Position numbers and translations under genes: made by a program. DNA of 64,000 nt from Podarcis erhardii (lineage: Eukaryota), in the NCBI GenBank assembly GCA_964252035.1, contig CAXUOO010000302.1; one strand, given 5' to 3'. Numbering within the stretch: position 1 is the stretch's first letter; each line of letters starts with the position of its first letter. Of the stretch, positions 37,790-51,200 are shown piece by piece. Below the pieces are notes generated by a model. That model saw only the letters and a list, made by a program, of their open reading frames with translations. It did not search any database and was not told the DNA's origin.

Positions 37790-40700
37790 CTCCATTACGT
37801 CCATTGCACGCTGCTCGACCCAACGTGTGCCTTTAGAGAGTGAGCCGTGCAGTACATTCTCGACTATTGAACTACCAACAGAAGGCTGCCCCAAAACCGT
37901 TGCACAAGCTCGCATATATGAGACCGCGCGTCGTCAAATGTTCTGAAATGTCCTGATGATAGTGCAGGTCAGAAAGCAAAAAACGACTTCAAAAGGAAAA
38001 AAGATTGAAGAAGATACATAGGCCTGACGTCTTGCGCATTGCCGAGCGATATTTGAGACAACATATTCTACGCACTTTGCATTACTGTGTCTCTTAAATA
38101 GCACGCACAAGACAATGTAGCTGACGATTCCGCTGAAAACTTTGCACGCTTTTCTTTCTAAACGGCAGTCGATAAACGACATGCACGTGAATGGTTTGCA
38201 CTCTCTCTCTGTCATGGTACAATCCGCAACCCCACACAAAGCGCCACACCACAGGTATTGTAGACACAAGTGTGTCCGTCTAACACAGTGCAGCGTGACA
38301 TGTGTATACATCGTGAGTACCTAAAAAATATTTATGCTGCTCACATACCCGTATCTCTTTCAGGAAAGAAATTCTTAAGTTTACCAGATTCTTACATTAT
38401 GAGGAGAATGACTGGAACTTGATTACATGTCTTGTAGATTTACAACGTAGATTTACTGTGCTAGATGGAGGGCGAAATTTTTCTCGCATTCAGTGCATGG
38501 CTTGACTACTTGATTATCTTTACATGTGAACAAAGCATTTGAAAAGAGTAGATGGATTGCTTTTCATGCCGCATTACGTCTATTGCAAGCTGCGTGGTAA
38601 AAACGATAACTTCAGGACGTGAAGCCATTCTAGAAGCTCGCGTTGCCAATTAGACCATCTGCAATGAGAGAAACCAGATATCGCTGTTGCAGTGCAGTAC
38701 TAGTCGAGCGACTGGGTAGTTTCGAGAGTGAAAAAAGCAGTAGAGTAATAAAAAATCATTTTCGTCAACTTTATCAGATCGAATTAAGCAATCAGAACCT
38801 GAGTCGTGCAGCACGGTCTTGGTGATCGCGGTATTTGTGAAGTGTTGCACACGGCAGGCATGTAAAAAGCGTCGCGCTGAACGCCAGGTCGCTGGCTGAT
38901 CACCGAAGGCAGTATCCTATATTCACTTTGTGTTTTTTTATTTTAGCGTGTGTTTTGTGCAACCACCACATTAGGAAGATCAAATGTACTGAGCCTTGGG
39001 CCTGTTGCAAATAATGCAGACTGCGGCATTGATTATATAGTTCTAGACAGTGAAACATGGGGCACATTTCCGTGTTTTGCAGCACCGATGGAAAGTTGCA
39101 AAGCAGCATCTTAAAAGATGGAATAACACACTAGATATTCTGTGCTAGACAAAGGCACCAACCTTTCTAGAAACGCATAAATCGACTAGTTCATTGTGTT
39201 CATAAGTGAACATAGCATTAGCATTATCTGGATTGCGTGCTGCTCGGACGAATGTCTGCGATGACGAAGGCGAGCATTGCAAATGAGATAAGCTGTGCTA
39301 CGTGTGTGCCAGAATTTCTGTACAAAGTCATGGTTTGACTACATAGTTGCCTTCACAAGTGATGTAACATCAGGAAAAAGTAACTGTGTTTTAATCCAAG
39401 GCGCTCTATTTCTGATGCAGGATGCGTGGTTGAGAATGGGATTGTAGAAGGTAAGCCGTGAAGTACACTTTCAGACAAGTCATTTGTTTTTTGAAAGTTG
39501 CGTAGCAGACTTATCAAAGCCATGGTTTGTAAATTTGTTTTATAATGCTACGTAGAATCCGGCACTGTTCTCGCAGGGCACTGTGTATGTATTGGATTGC
39601 TTCTACATGTGAAAACAGCATCCGAGTGAAAGAAACCCATACTTTTTCATACCTTTGTGTCCTACTGCTCACTACGCAGTCGAGTTATGAGCTCAACATG
39701 TGAGACGCAGAGCACACTTTCGATCTTTTCAGCATGTATAACACGCTGCACAGCAGCAGTTTCATAGGATGCAATGCACTCTAAATGTACTGTGTAAGGG
39801 ATGGGAGACAGCATTTCTGTCTCAGTGTAAGCGTTTACTCCATTCCAAGTTCTCGAATAACAAAACAGCAAAATTCAATAGAACTATTCTTTGTTACGTG
39901 AGACGTAATTTCCTCAAGACTGCGCAATCAAAGATATTACTCGAGAGCTGAGCGGGGCGTCACTTTGTCGTTGTTTGCCGTACCTGTGAAGCATTTCACA
40001 ACAAGCGTTGTGTAGGCGAGTGTTGAAAACTCACTACCTACTTCATCAAGGAGAAGACGCCTTGAAAGTCTATGTGTGTTTTATTAAGTTTTTTCGTGCC
40101 TACATATTGTTAAACTAGAATGTAAATCTTTTTTCGTACGGCACGATGCATTCCCTGCAAGCAGTGCGACTGGATATATGTTTAAAGAGCGTAAGCCGTG
40201 CAGCAAGCTTTCATATTTGATGCACACATGAACCAATTACACAGCAACAATAGCAAAGGCTCGTATTGCGATTATACGTTTACATATCGAGCAAAATCAC
40301 TTATCTAAGAAAAGTACAAACCCGGATGTTTCTGACCCTGTGAGACTAGACTTTTATTAAAATATCTTTCATGTTCTCGAAATTTGACAGTTCGTGTCGG
40401 TTTGACAAAGCACATTACGCAACGATTTCAAAAACACGTACTCAGAACACCCTTGTCTGGAAACACATTACTACACTCTGTGACGGAAAGCTTTTACGCT
40501 TCTGTCTTTCTCCTTCTAGTAATGTGCGGACCGTGTCAGCAATCTGGTGCTGATCACGGTCACTGGAGAGTCTTGGTTTTACGTCAAAAGAAAAAGAAAA
40601 AGACCACCTTTAAAGAAACCGCAAGTCCAAACCGAGACACTAACGTAATTGTTTGCGCTATGGATCGCGAAGGGTTTGTACATCAATCACTTTATACCGT

Positions 40701-43700
40701 TTTATTCTGTTCAAACAGCGAGCGCTGACTTTTCCACTGCCTCTTCTATTGATGCATCTGCACAATTTGTTTTTTGCACCGGCGGTGAATAAACGACTCA
40801 CACATGAAACAGTTTCTCTCCCCTTTTAACATCGTTCACAACACAGCTTTTCACAACATGCAGAATCAAATGTGTAAACGCAAGGGCGCCCTTTTCACAC
40901 AGTGAAATTTTTTCCCAGTGTATACATCTTGAGTACCTGAAAAATGTGTATACGGATCGCTTGACCATATTGTTTTCAAGACAAAATGTCTTCACTTGAC
41001 AGGCGTTCCTATTTCGTAGATCTGCAACACAGATTGACTGTGCTACACGAGAGATAAATATACATTGACGGTGCAGGGATTGACTTCTTAATTCTCTTTA
41101 CAAGTATGAAAATCGCATGAGGATGAGGTAGAAGGCTTTCCTTCCAAGTCGCTTTATCGACCTGCAACCTGCCTAGCTGAAGCTGTAGTTCGACAAATTG
41201 AGCCGTGAAGCCTTCTTTCGAACATCTCAGTATTCATAGAAGCATGCAAAGAAGCCAATGCAGAAGCTCTGGTAGAGATGTAGACAAATTGTGATGCGCA
41301 GAAAGAAGACATTTTTCTATATGTATTTGTGCAGAGTCCGAATGTCAAGCAATTTTTCAATGCAACAGTGTACAGCAGAATATCAGGAGACACTTTTTAT
41401 CAAGTCGCATCACATTCATCAATGACTATGCCCTTTTTGTTTTGGGACCTGAGCTTTGCAGCACAATTTTTGATTTCGCGGTATTTGAGAACTGCTGCTC
41501 AACAGAGATGGTGTACACTTGCGCTAAACACTAGGTAGCTTCTAGTTCACGGTAGAGAGCATTTCACAAATTTTACATAATTTCACTAGGTGGCTGGTGT
41601 TCTTTTCTACACATGCCACTAAGCAAGACCAATTTTTCTCTAGGGCGTGTAGATAGTGCAGACTCCGCTGTCAATTGTTCACATTCAGACGGTGAGACAT
41701 CGAGAACAAGTTTTTAACAGCGTCAACAAATTCTGCAAAACAGAAACATTTCGTAGAACGGAGTTTCAAAGTAAAACGTCTGTGCAATTAAAAACACCGC
41801 GAACTCTTTAGCAAGACATAAATTTTTTAATTGATTGCACTCACATGTCGACACAGCAACCCCATTACGTCCATTGCACGCTGCTCGACCCAACGTGTGC
41901 CTTTAGAGAGTGAGCCGTGCAGTACATTCTCGACTATTGAATTACCAACAGAAGGCTGCCCCAAAACCGTTGCATAAGCTCGCATATATGAGACTACGCG
42001 TCGTCAAATGTTCTGAAATGTCCTGATGATAGTGCAGGTCAGAAAGCAAAAAACGACTTTAAAAGGAAAAAAGATTGAAGAAGAAACATAGGCCTGACGT
42101 CTTGCGCATTGCCGAGCGATATTTGAGACAACATATTCTACGCACTTTGCATTACTCTGTCATTTAAATAGCCAGCACTGGACGACTTAGGTGACGATTT
42201 CGCTGAAGATTTCGCACGCTTTGCTTTCTGAACAGCAATCGATAAACGACATGCACGTGAATGGTTTGCACTCTCTCTCTGTCATGGTACAATCCGCAAC
42301 CCCACACAAAGCGCCACACCACAGATATTGTAGACACAAGTGTGTCCGTCTAACACAGTGCAGCGTGACATGTGTATACATCGTGAGTACCTAAAAAATA
42401 TTTATGCTGCTCACATACCCGTATCTCTCTCAGGAAAGAAATTCTTTGGTTTACCAGAGTCTTACATTATGAAGAGAATGACTGGAACTTGATTACATGT
42501 CTTGTAGATTTACAACGTAGATTTACTGTGCTAGATGGAGGGCGAAATTTTTCTCGCATTCAGTGCATGGTTTGACTACTTGATTATCTTTACATGTGAA
42601 CAAAGCATTTGAAAAAAGTAGATGGATTGCTTTTCATGCCGCATTACGTCTATTGCAGGCTGCGTGGTAAAAACGATAACTTCAGGACGTGAAGCCATTC
42701 TAGAAGCTCGCGTTGCCAATTAGACCATCTGCGTTGAGAGAAACCAGATATCGCTGTTGCAGTGCAGTACTAGTCGAGCGACTGGGTAGTTTCGAGAGTG
42801 AAAAAAGCAGTAGAGTAATAAAAAATCATTTTCGTCAACTTTATCAGATCGAATTAAGCAATCAGAACCTGAGTCGTGCAGCACGGTCTTGGTGATCGCG
42901 GTATTTGTGAAGTGTTGCACACGGCAGGCATGTAAAAAGCGTCGCGCTGAACGCCAGGTCGCTGGCTGATCACCGAAGGCAGTATCCTATATTCACTTTG
43001 TGTTTTTTTATTTTAGCGTGTGTTTTGTGCAACCACCACATTAGGAAGATCAAATGTACTGAGCCTTGGGACTGTTGCAAATAATGCAGACTGCGGTATT
43101 GATTATATAGTTCTAGACAGTGAAACATGGGGCACATTTCCGTGTTTTGCAGCACCGATGGAAAGTTGCAAAGCAGCATCTTAAAAGATGGAATAACACA
43201 CTAGATATTCTGTGCTAGACAAAGGCACCAACCTTTCTAGAAACGCATAAATCGACTAGTTCATTGTGTTCATAAGTGAACATAGCATTAGCATTATCTT
43301 GATTGCGTGCTGCTCGGACGAATGTCTGCGATGACGAAGGCGAGCATTGCAAATGAGATAAGCTGTGCTACGTGTGTGCCAGAATTTCTGTACAAAGTCA
43401 TGGTTTGACTACATGGTTGCCTTCACAAGTGACTGTAACATCAGGAAAAAGTAACTGTGTTTTAATCCAAGGCGCTCTATTTCTGATGCAGGATGCGTGG
43501 TGAGAATGGGATTGTAGAAGGTAAGCCGTGAAGTACACTTTCAGACAAGTCATTTGTTTTTTGAAAGTTGCGTAGCAGACTTATCAAAGCCATGGTTTGT
43601 AAATTTGTTTTACTATGCTACGTAGAATCCGGCACTGTTCTCGCAGGGCACTGTGTATGTATTGGATTGCTTCTACATGTGAAAACAGCATCCGAGTGAA

Positions 43701-46700
43701 AGAAACCCATATTTTTTCATACCTATGTGTCCTACTGCTCACTACGCAGTCGAGTTATGAGCTCAACATGTGAGACCCAGAGCACACTTTCGATCTTTTC
43801 AGCATGTATAACACGCTGCACAGCAGCAGTTTCATAGGATGCAATGCACTCTAAATGTACTGTGTAAGGGATGGGAGACAGCATTTCTGTCTCAGTGTAA
43901 GCGTTTACTCCATTCCAAGTTCTCGAATAACAAAACAGCAAAATTCAATAGAACTACTCTTTGTTACGTGAGACGTAATTTCCTCAAGGCTGCGCAATCA
44001 AAGATATTACTCGAGAGCTGAGCGGGGCGTCACTTTGTCGTTGTTTGCCGTACCTGTGAAGCATTTCAGAACAAGCGTTGTGTAGGCGACTGTTGAAAAC
44101 TCACTACCTACTTCATCAAGGAGAAGACGCCTTGAAAGTCTATGTGTGTTTTATTAAGTTTTTTCGTGCCTACATATTGTTAAACTAGAATGTAAATCTT
44201 TTTTCGTACGGCACGATGCATTCCCTGCAAGCAGTGCGACTGGATATATGTTTAAAGAGCGTAAGCCGTGCAGCAAGCTTTCATATTTGATGCACACATG
44301 AACCAAATACACAGCAACAATAGCAAAGGCTCGTATTGCGATTATACGTTTACATATCGAGCAAAATCACTTATCTAAGAAAAGTACAAACCCGGATGTT
44401 TCTGACCCTGTGAGACTAGACTTTTATTAAAATATCTTTCATGTTCTCGAAATTTGACAGTTCGTGTCGGTTTGACAAAGCACATTACGCAACGATTTCA
44501 AAAACACGTACTCAGAACACCCTTGTCTGGAAACACATTACTACACTCTGTGACGGAAAGCTTTTACGCTTCTGTCTTTCTCCTTCTAGTAATGTGCGGA
44601 CCGTGTCAGCAATCTGGTGCTGATCACGGTCACTGGAGAGTCTTGGTTTTACGTCAAAAGAAAAAGAAAAAGACCACCTTTAAAAAAACCGCAAGTCCAA
44701 ACCGAGACACTAACGTAAATGTTTGCGCTATGGATCGCGAAGGGTTTGTACATCAATCACTTTATACCGTTTTATTCTGTTCAAACAGCGAGCGCTGACT
44801 TTTCCACTGCCTCTTCTATTGATGCATCTGCACAATTTGTTTTTTGCACCGGCGGTGAATAAACGACTCACACATGAAACAGTTTCTCTCTCCTTTTAAC
44901 ATCGTTCACAACACAGCTTTTCACAACATGCAGAATCAAATGTGTAAACGCAAGGGCGCCCTTTTCACACAGTGAAATTTTTTCCCAGTGTATACATCTT
45001 GAGTACCTGAAAAATGTGTATACGGATCGCTTGACCATATTGTTTTCAAGACAAAATGTCTTCACTTGACAGGCGTTCCTATTTCGTAGATCTGCAACAC
45101 AGATTGACTGTGCTACACGAGAAATAAAAATACATTGACGGTGCAGGGATTGACTTCTTAATTCTCTTTACAGGTTTGTAAATCGCATGAGGATGAGGTA
45201 GAAGGCTTTCCTTCCAAGTCGCTTTATCGACCTGCAACCTGCCTAGCTGAAGCTGTAGTTCGACAAATTGAGCTGTGGAGCCTTCTTTCGGACATCTTAG
45301 TATTCATAGAAGCATGCAAAGAAGCCAATGCAGAAGCTCTGGTAGAGATGTAGACAAATTGTGATGCGCAGAAAGAAGACATTTTTCTATATGTAGTTGT
45401 GCAGAGTCCGAATGTCAAGCAATTTTTCAATGCAACAGTGTACAGCAGAATATCAGGAGACACTTTTTATCAAGTCGCATCACATTCATCAATGACTATG
45501 CCCTTTTTGTTTTGGGACCTGAGCTTTGCAGCACAATTTTTGATTTCGCGGTATTTGAGAACTGCTGCTCAACAGAGATGGTGTACACTTGCGCTAAACA
45601 CTAGGTAGCTTCTAGTTCACGGTAGAGAGCATTTCACAAATTTTACATAATTTCACTAGGTGGCTGGTGTTCTTTTCTACACATGCCACTAAGCAAGACC
45701 AATTTTTTCTCTAGGGCGTGTAGATAGTGCAGACTCCGCTGTCAATTGTTCACATTCAGACGGTGAGACATCGAGAACAAATTTGTAACAGCGTCTACAA
45801 ATTCTGCAAAACAGATACATTTCGTAGAACGGAGTTTCAAAGTAAAACGTCTGTGCGATTAAAAACACCGCGAACTCTTTAGCAAGACATAAATTGTTTA
45901 ATTGATTGCACTCACATGTCGGCACAGCAACCCCATTACGTCTATTGTACGCTGCTCGACTCAATGGATGCTTTTTGACAGTGAGCTGTGCAGTAAATTC
46001 TCGAGCATTGCATTACCTACAGAGGGCTGCCCCAATACCGTTGCATAAGCTTGCATCTACAAGACCACGCGTCCTCAAATGTTCTGCAATGTTCTGATGA
46101 TAGTGCATGTCAGAAAGCAAAAAACGACTTTAAAAGGAAAAAAGATTGAAGAAGAAACATAGGCCTGACGTCTTGCGCATTGCCGTGCGATATTTGAGAC
46201 AACATATTCTACGCACTTTGCATTACTCTGTCAATTGAATAGCCAGCACTGGACGACTTAGGTGACGATTTCGCTGAAGATTTCGCACGCTTTGCTTTCT
46301 GAACAGCAGTCGATAAACGACATGCACGTGAATGGTTTGCACTCTCTCTCTGTCATGGTACAATCCGCAACCCCACACAAAGCGCCACACCACAGGTATT
46401 GTAGACACAAGTGTGTCCGTCTTACACAGTGCAGCGTGACATGTGTATACATTGTGAGTACCTAAAAAATATTTATGCTGCTCACATACCCGTATCTCTT
46501 TCAGAAAAGAAATTCTTTGGTTTATCAGAGTCATAGAATATGAGGAGAATGACTGGAACTTGATTACATGTCTTGTAGATTTACAACGTAGATTTACTGT
46601 GCTAGATGGAGGGCGAAATTTTTCTCGCATTCAGTGCATGGTTTGACAACTTAATTATCATTATATGTGAACAAAGCATTTGAAAAAAGTAGATGGATTG

Positions 46701-48250
46701 CTTTTCATGCCGCATTACGTCTATTGCAGGCTGCGTGGTAAAAACGATAACTTCAGGACGTGAAGCCATTCTAGAAGCTCGCGTTGCCAATTAGACCATC
46801 TGCAATGAGAGAAACCAGATATCGCTGTTGCAGTGCAGTACTAGTCGAGCGACTGGGTAGTTTCGAGAGTGAAAAAAGCAGTAGAGTAATAAAAAATCAT
46901 TTTCGTCAACTTTATCAGATCGAATTAAGCAATCAGAACCTGAGTCGTGCAGCACGGTCTTGGTGATCGCGGTATTTGTGAAGTGTTGCACACGGCAGGC
47001 ATGTAAAAAGCGTCGCGCTGAACGCCAGGTCGCTGGCTGATCACCGAAGGCAGTATCCTATATTCACTTTGTGTTTTTTTATTTTAGCGTGTGTTTTGTG
47101 CAACCACCACATTAGGAAGATCAAATGTACTGAGCCTTGGGCCTGTTGCAAATAATGCAGACTGCGGTATTGATTATATAGTTCTAGACAGTGAAACATG
47201 GGGCACATTTCCGTGTTTTGCAGCACCGATGGAAAGTTGCAAAGCAGCATCTTAAAAGATGGAATAACACACTAGATATTCTGTGCTAGACAAAGGCACC
47301 AACCTTTCTAGAAACGCATAAATCAACTAGTTCATTGTGTTCATAAGTGAACATAGCATAAGCATTATCTGTATTGCGTGCTGCTCGGACGAATGCCTGC
47401 GATGACGAAGGCGAGCATTGCAAATGAGATGAACTGTGCTACGTGTGTGCCAGAATTTCTGTACAAAGTCATGGTTTGACTACATGGTTGCCTTCACAAG
47501 TGATGTAACATCAGGAAAAAGTAACTGTGTTTTAATCCAAGGCGCTCTATTTCTGATGCAGGATGCGTGGTTGAGAATGGGATTGTAGAAGGTAAGCCGT
47601 GAAGTACACTTTCAGACAAGTCATTTGTTTTTTGAAAGTTGCGTAGCAGACTTATCAAAGCCATGGTTTATAAATTTGTTTTACTATGCTACGTAGAATC
47701 CGGCACTGTTCTCGCAGGGCACTGTGTATGTATTGGATTGCTTCTACATGTGAAAACAGCATCCGAATGAAAGAAACCCATATTATTTCATACCTATGTG
47801 TCCTACTGCTCACTACGCAGTCGAGTTATGAGCTCAACATGTGAGACGCAGAGCACACTTTCGATCTTTTCAGCATGTATAACACGCTGCACAGCAGCAG
47901 TTTCATAGGATGCAATGCACTCTAAATGTACTGTGTAAGGGGATGGGAGACAGCATTTCTGTCTCAGTGTCAGCGTTTACTCCATTCCAAGTTCTCGAAA
48001 AACAAAACACCAAAATTCAATAGAACTATTCTTTGTTACGTGAGACGTAATTTCCTCAGGGCTGCGCAATCAAAGATATTACTCGAGAGCTGAGCGGGGC
48101 GTCACTTTGTCGTTGTTTGCCGTACCTGTGAAGCATTTCACAACAAGCGTTGTGTAGGCGACTGTTGAAAACTCACTACCTACTTCATCAAGGAGAAGAC
48201 GCCTTGAAAGTCTATGTGTGTTTTATTAAGTTTTTTCGTGCCTACGTATT
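37790..48250 (+). repeat. Homogenised core: ~2.6 near-identical copies of the 4070/4071-bp A-C-B higher-order unit
   Basis: Identical or near-identical ORFs recur at about +4070 (38643/42713/46784; 38900/42970/47041; 39769/43839; 40384/44454). Only scattered SNVs are seen by eye (about 98-99%). Confidence 0.95.
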
Positions 48251-51200
48251 GTTAAACTGGAATGTAAATCTTTTTTTCGTACGCCGCGATGCAGTTTCTG
48301 CAGGCTGTGCGACTGGATATATGTTTAAAGAACGTAAGCCGTGCAGCAAGCTTTCATATTTGGTGCACACATGAACCAATTACCCAGAAACAATAGCTAA
48401 GGCTTTTATGGAGACTATGCGTGTGCATAACGAACAAAATAATCTGTATAAGAATTGTACAAACTCGGATGTTTCTGACCCTGTGAGACTAGACATTTGT
48501 TAAAATATCTGTTACGTTCTCGGGATTTGATAGTGCGTGTTGATATTATAAAAACACGTTACGCAACGACTCCAGTCAACACGATACTTGTCTAGAAACA
48601 CTTCTTTACAATATGCGACGGAAAGCGTTTACGCTTCTGTCTTTCTCCTTACATTGATATATGCGGACCATGTCAGCAATCTGGTGCTGATCAGGGTCAC
48701 TGAAAAGTCTTGATTCTACGTCAAACGAAAAAGAAAAAGACGACATTTAAAAAAAAACGCAAGTCCAAACCGAGACTCTAACGTAAACATTTGCGCTATG
48801 GATCGCGAAGGGTTTGTACATCAATCACTTTATACTCGCTGTTTTCAAACAGCGAGCGCTGACTTTTCTGCTGCCCCTTCTATTGATGCATCCGCACAAT
48901 TTGTTTGTTGCACTGGCGGTGAATAAACGACTCACACATGAAACAGTTTCTCTCTTTCTTTAACATCGTTCACAACACAGCTTTTCACAACATGCAGAAT
49001 CAAATGTGTAAACGCAAGGGCGCCCTTTTCACACAGTGAAATTTTTTCCCAGTGTATACATCTTGAGTACCTGAAAAATGTGTATACGGATCGCTTGACC
49101 ATATTGTTTTCAAGACAAAATGTCTTCACTTGACAGGCGTTCCTATTTCGTAGATCTGCAACACAGATTGACTGTGCTACACGAGAAATAAAAATACATT
49201 GACGGTGCAGGGATTGACTTCTTGATTCTTTTTACAAGTATGAGGTAGAAAGCTTTCCTTCCAAGCCGCGTTATCTTATTGCAAGCTGCATAGTTGAAGT
49301 TTTAGTTTGACAAATTGAACCGTGGAGCCTTCTTTCGGACATCTCAGTCTTCATAGAAACCTGCAAAGAAGCCGATGCAGAAGCACGCATAGAGCTGTAG
49401 ACGAATTGTGATGCGCAGAAAGAAGACATTTTTCTATATGTATTTGTGCACAATCCTAATGTCAAGCACTTTTACAATGCAACAGTGTACACCAGAATAC
49501 TAGGAGATCCTTTTTGTCAAGTCGCATCATCTTTATTAATGACTTTGCTTTTTTCTAATATTTGACCTGATTCTTGCAGCACGATTTTGGATTTCGCGGT
49601 CTCTAGGAAATGTTGCCCAGCAGAGATGATTCAAACATGCGGTAAACACTGAGTAGCTCTTAGTTTACGGTAGAGAGCATTTTATACATCTAACATATTT
49701 TTACTATGTAGCTGGTGTTCTTTTGCAGACACGGAACTAAACAAGACCAATCTCGTTCTAAGGCGTGTGAGTAGTGCAAACGCCGCTAGTAATTTTATAC
49801 ATTCAGTCCGTGAGACTTCGAGAACACGTTTATAACAGCGTCTACAAATTCTGCAAGACAGAAGAATTGTAGAAGCGAGTTTCAAAATGAAACTCTTTGG
49901 CGATTAAACTAACAGCAATTTCTTTAACATGTCGTGGATCTTCTACCTGATTGGATTCACATGTAAACGCAGCAACAGCATTACGTTTGTTGCAGGCGGC
50001 TTGGTTTATTGTATGCCTTTAGAGAGTGAGCGGTGCAGTACATTCTAGACCATTGCATTACCTACAGAAGGCTGCCCCAAAACTGTTGCGCAAGCTCGCA
50101 TATATGACACCACGCGTCATAAAAGGTTCTGCAATATCCTGATGATAGTGCCGGCGAAAAAGCAACACACGAAATTTAGAAGATGCAGAAGAATAGAAAG
50201 AGACATTGGCCTGACGTCTTGCGCATTGCCGAGCGATATTTGAGAAAACATATTCTACGCACTTTGCATTACTGTGTCTCTTAAATAGCACGCACAAGAC
50301 AATGTAGCTGACGATTCCGCTGAAAACTTTGCACGCTTTTCTTTCTAAACGGCAGTCGATAAACGACTCGCACATCAGATTTTTCCACTCTCTTTTATGT
50401 CGTGGTACTATGCGCACCCCTCTCACAAAGCGCCTCACCACATGTAGTGTAGGCACGAGTGTGTCCGTCTTACACAGTGCAGCATGTCATGTGTATACAT
50501 CGTGAGTACCTAAAAAATATTTACGCTGCTCACATACCCGTATCTCTTTCAGAAAAGAAATTCTTTGGTTTATCAGAGTCATAGAATATGAGGAGAATGA
50601 CTGGAACTTGATTACATGTCTTGTAGAATTACAACGTAGATTTACTGTGCTAGATGGAGGGCCAAACTTTTCTCGCATTCAGTGCATGGTTTGACTACTT
50701 GATTATCTTTACATGTGAACAAAGCATATGAAAAGAGTAGATGGATTGCTTTTCATTCTGAATTACTTCTATTGCAGGCTGCGTGGTTGAGATTGTGACT
50801 TCAGGTGGTGAAGCCATTCTAGGAGTTCGCGTTGCCAGTTAGTTCATCTGCGTTAATAAAAAAGATATCGCTGTAGCACTGCATTTATTGTTCTTGCGAC
50901 TGGGTAGTTTCCAGAGTAAAAAAAGCAGTCGAGTAAGGATCGCGGTATTTGTGAAGTGTTGCACACGGAAGGCATGGAAAAACCACGCGATGAAGGATAC
51001 GTCGCTGGCTGACCACGGAAAACAGCATCCTATATTCACTTTGTGTTTTGATTGTAGTGTGTGTTTTTGTGCAAACGCCACATTAGACAGAACAAACGTG
51101 CTGAGCCTTGGGCCTGTTGCAAACAGTGCAGACTGCGCTCTTGATTATATAGTTCTCGACAGTGAAACGTGGGGCATATTCTTGTATTCTGCAGCATCAA

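Noticed and set aside
37790-48250. Core copies as a pure assembly artefact
   Set aside because: The copies carry distinct SNVs (gcaatgag at ~38661 and ~46802 vs gcgttgag at ~42731) that are shared with other, distant units. Read-level confirmation is still advisable.
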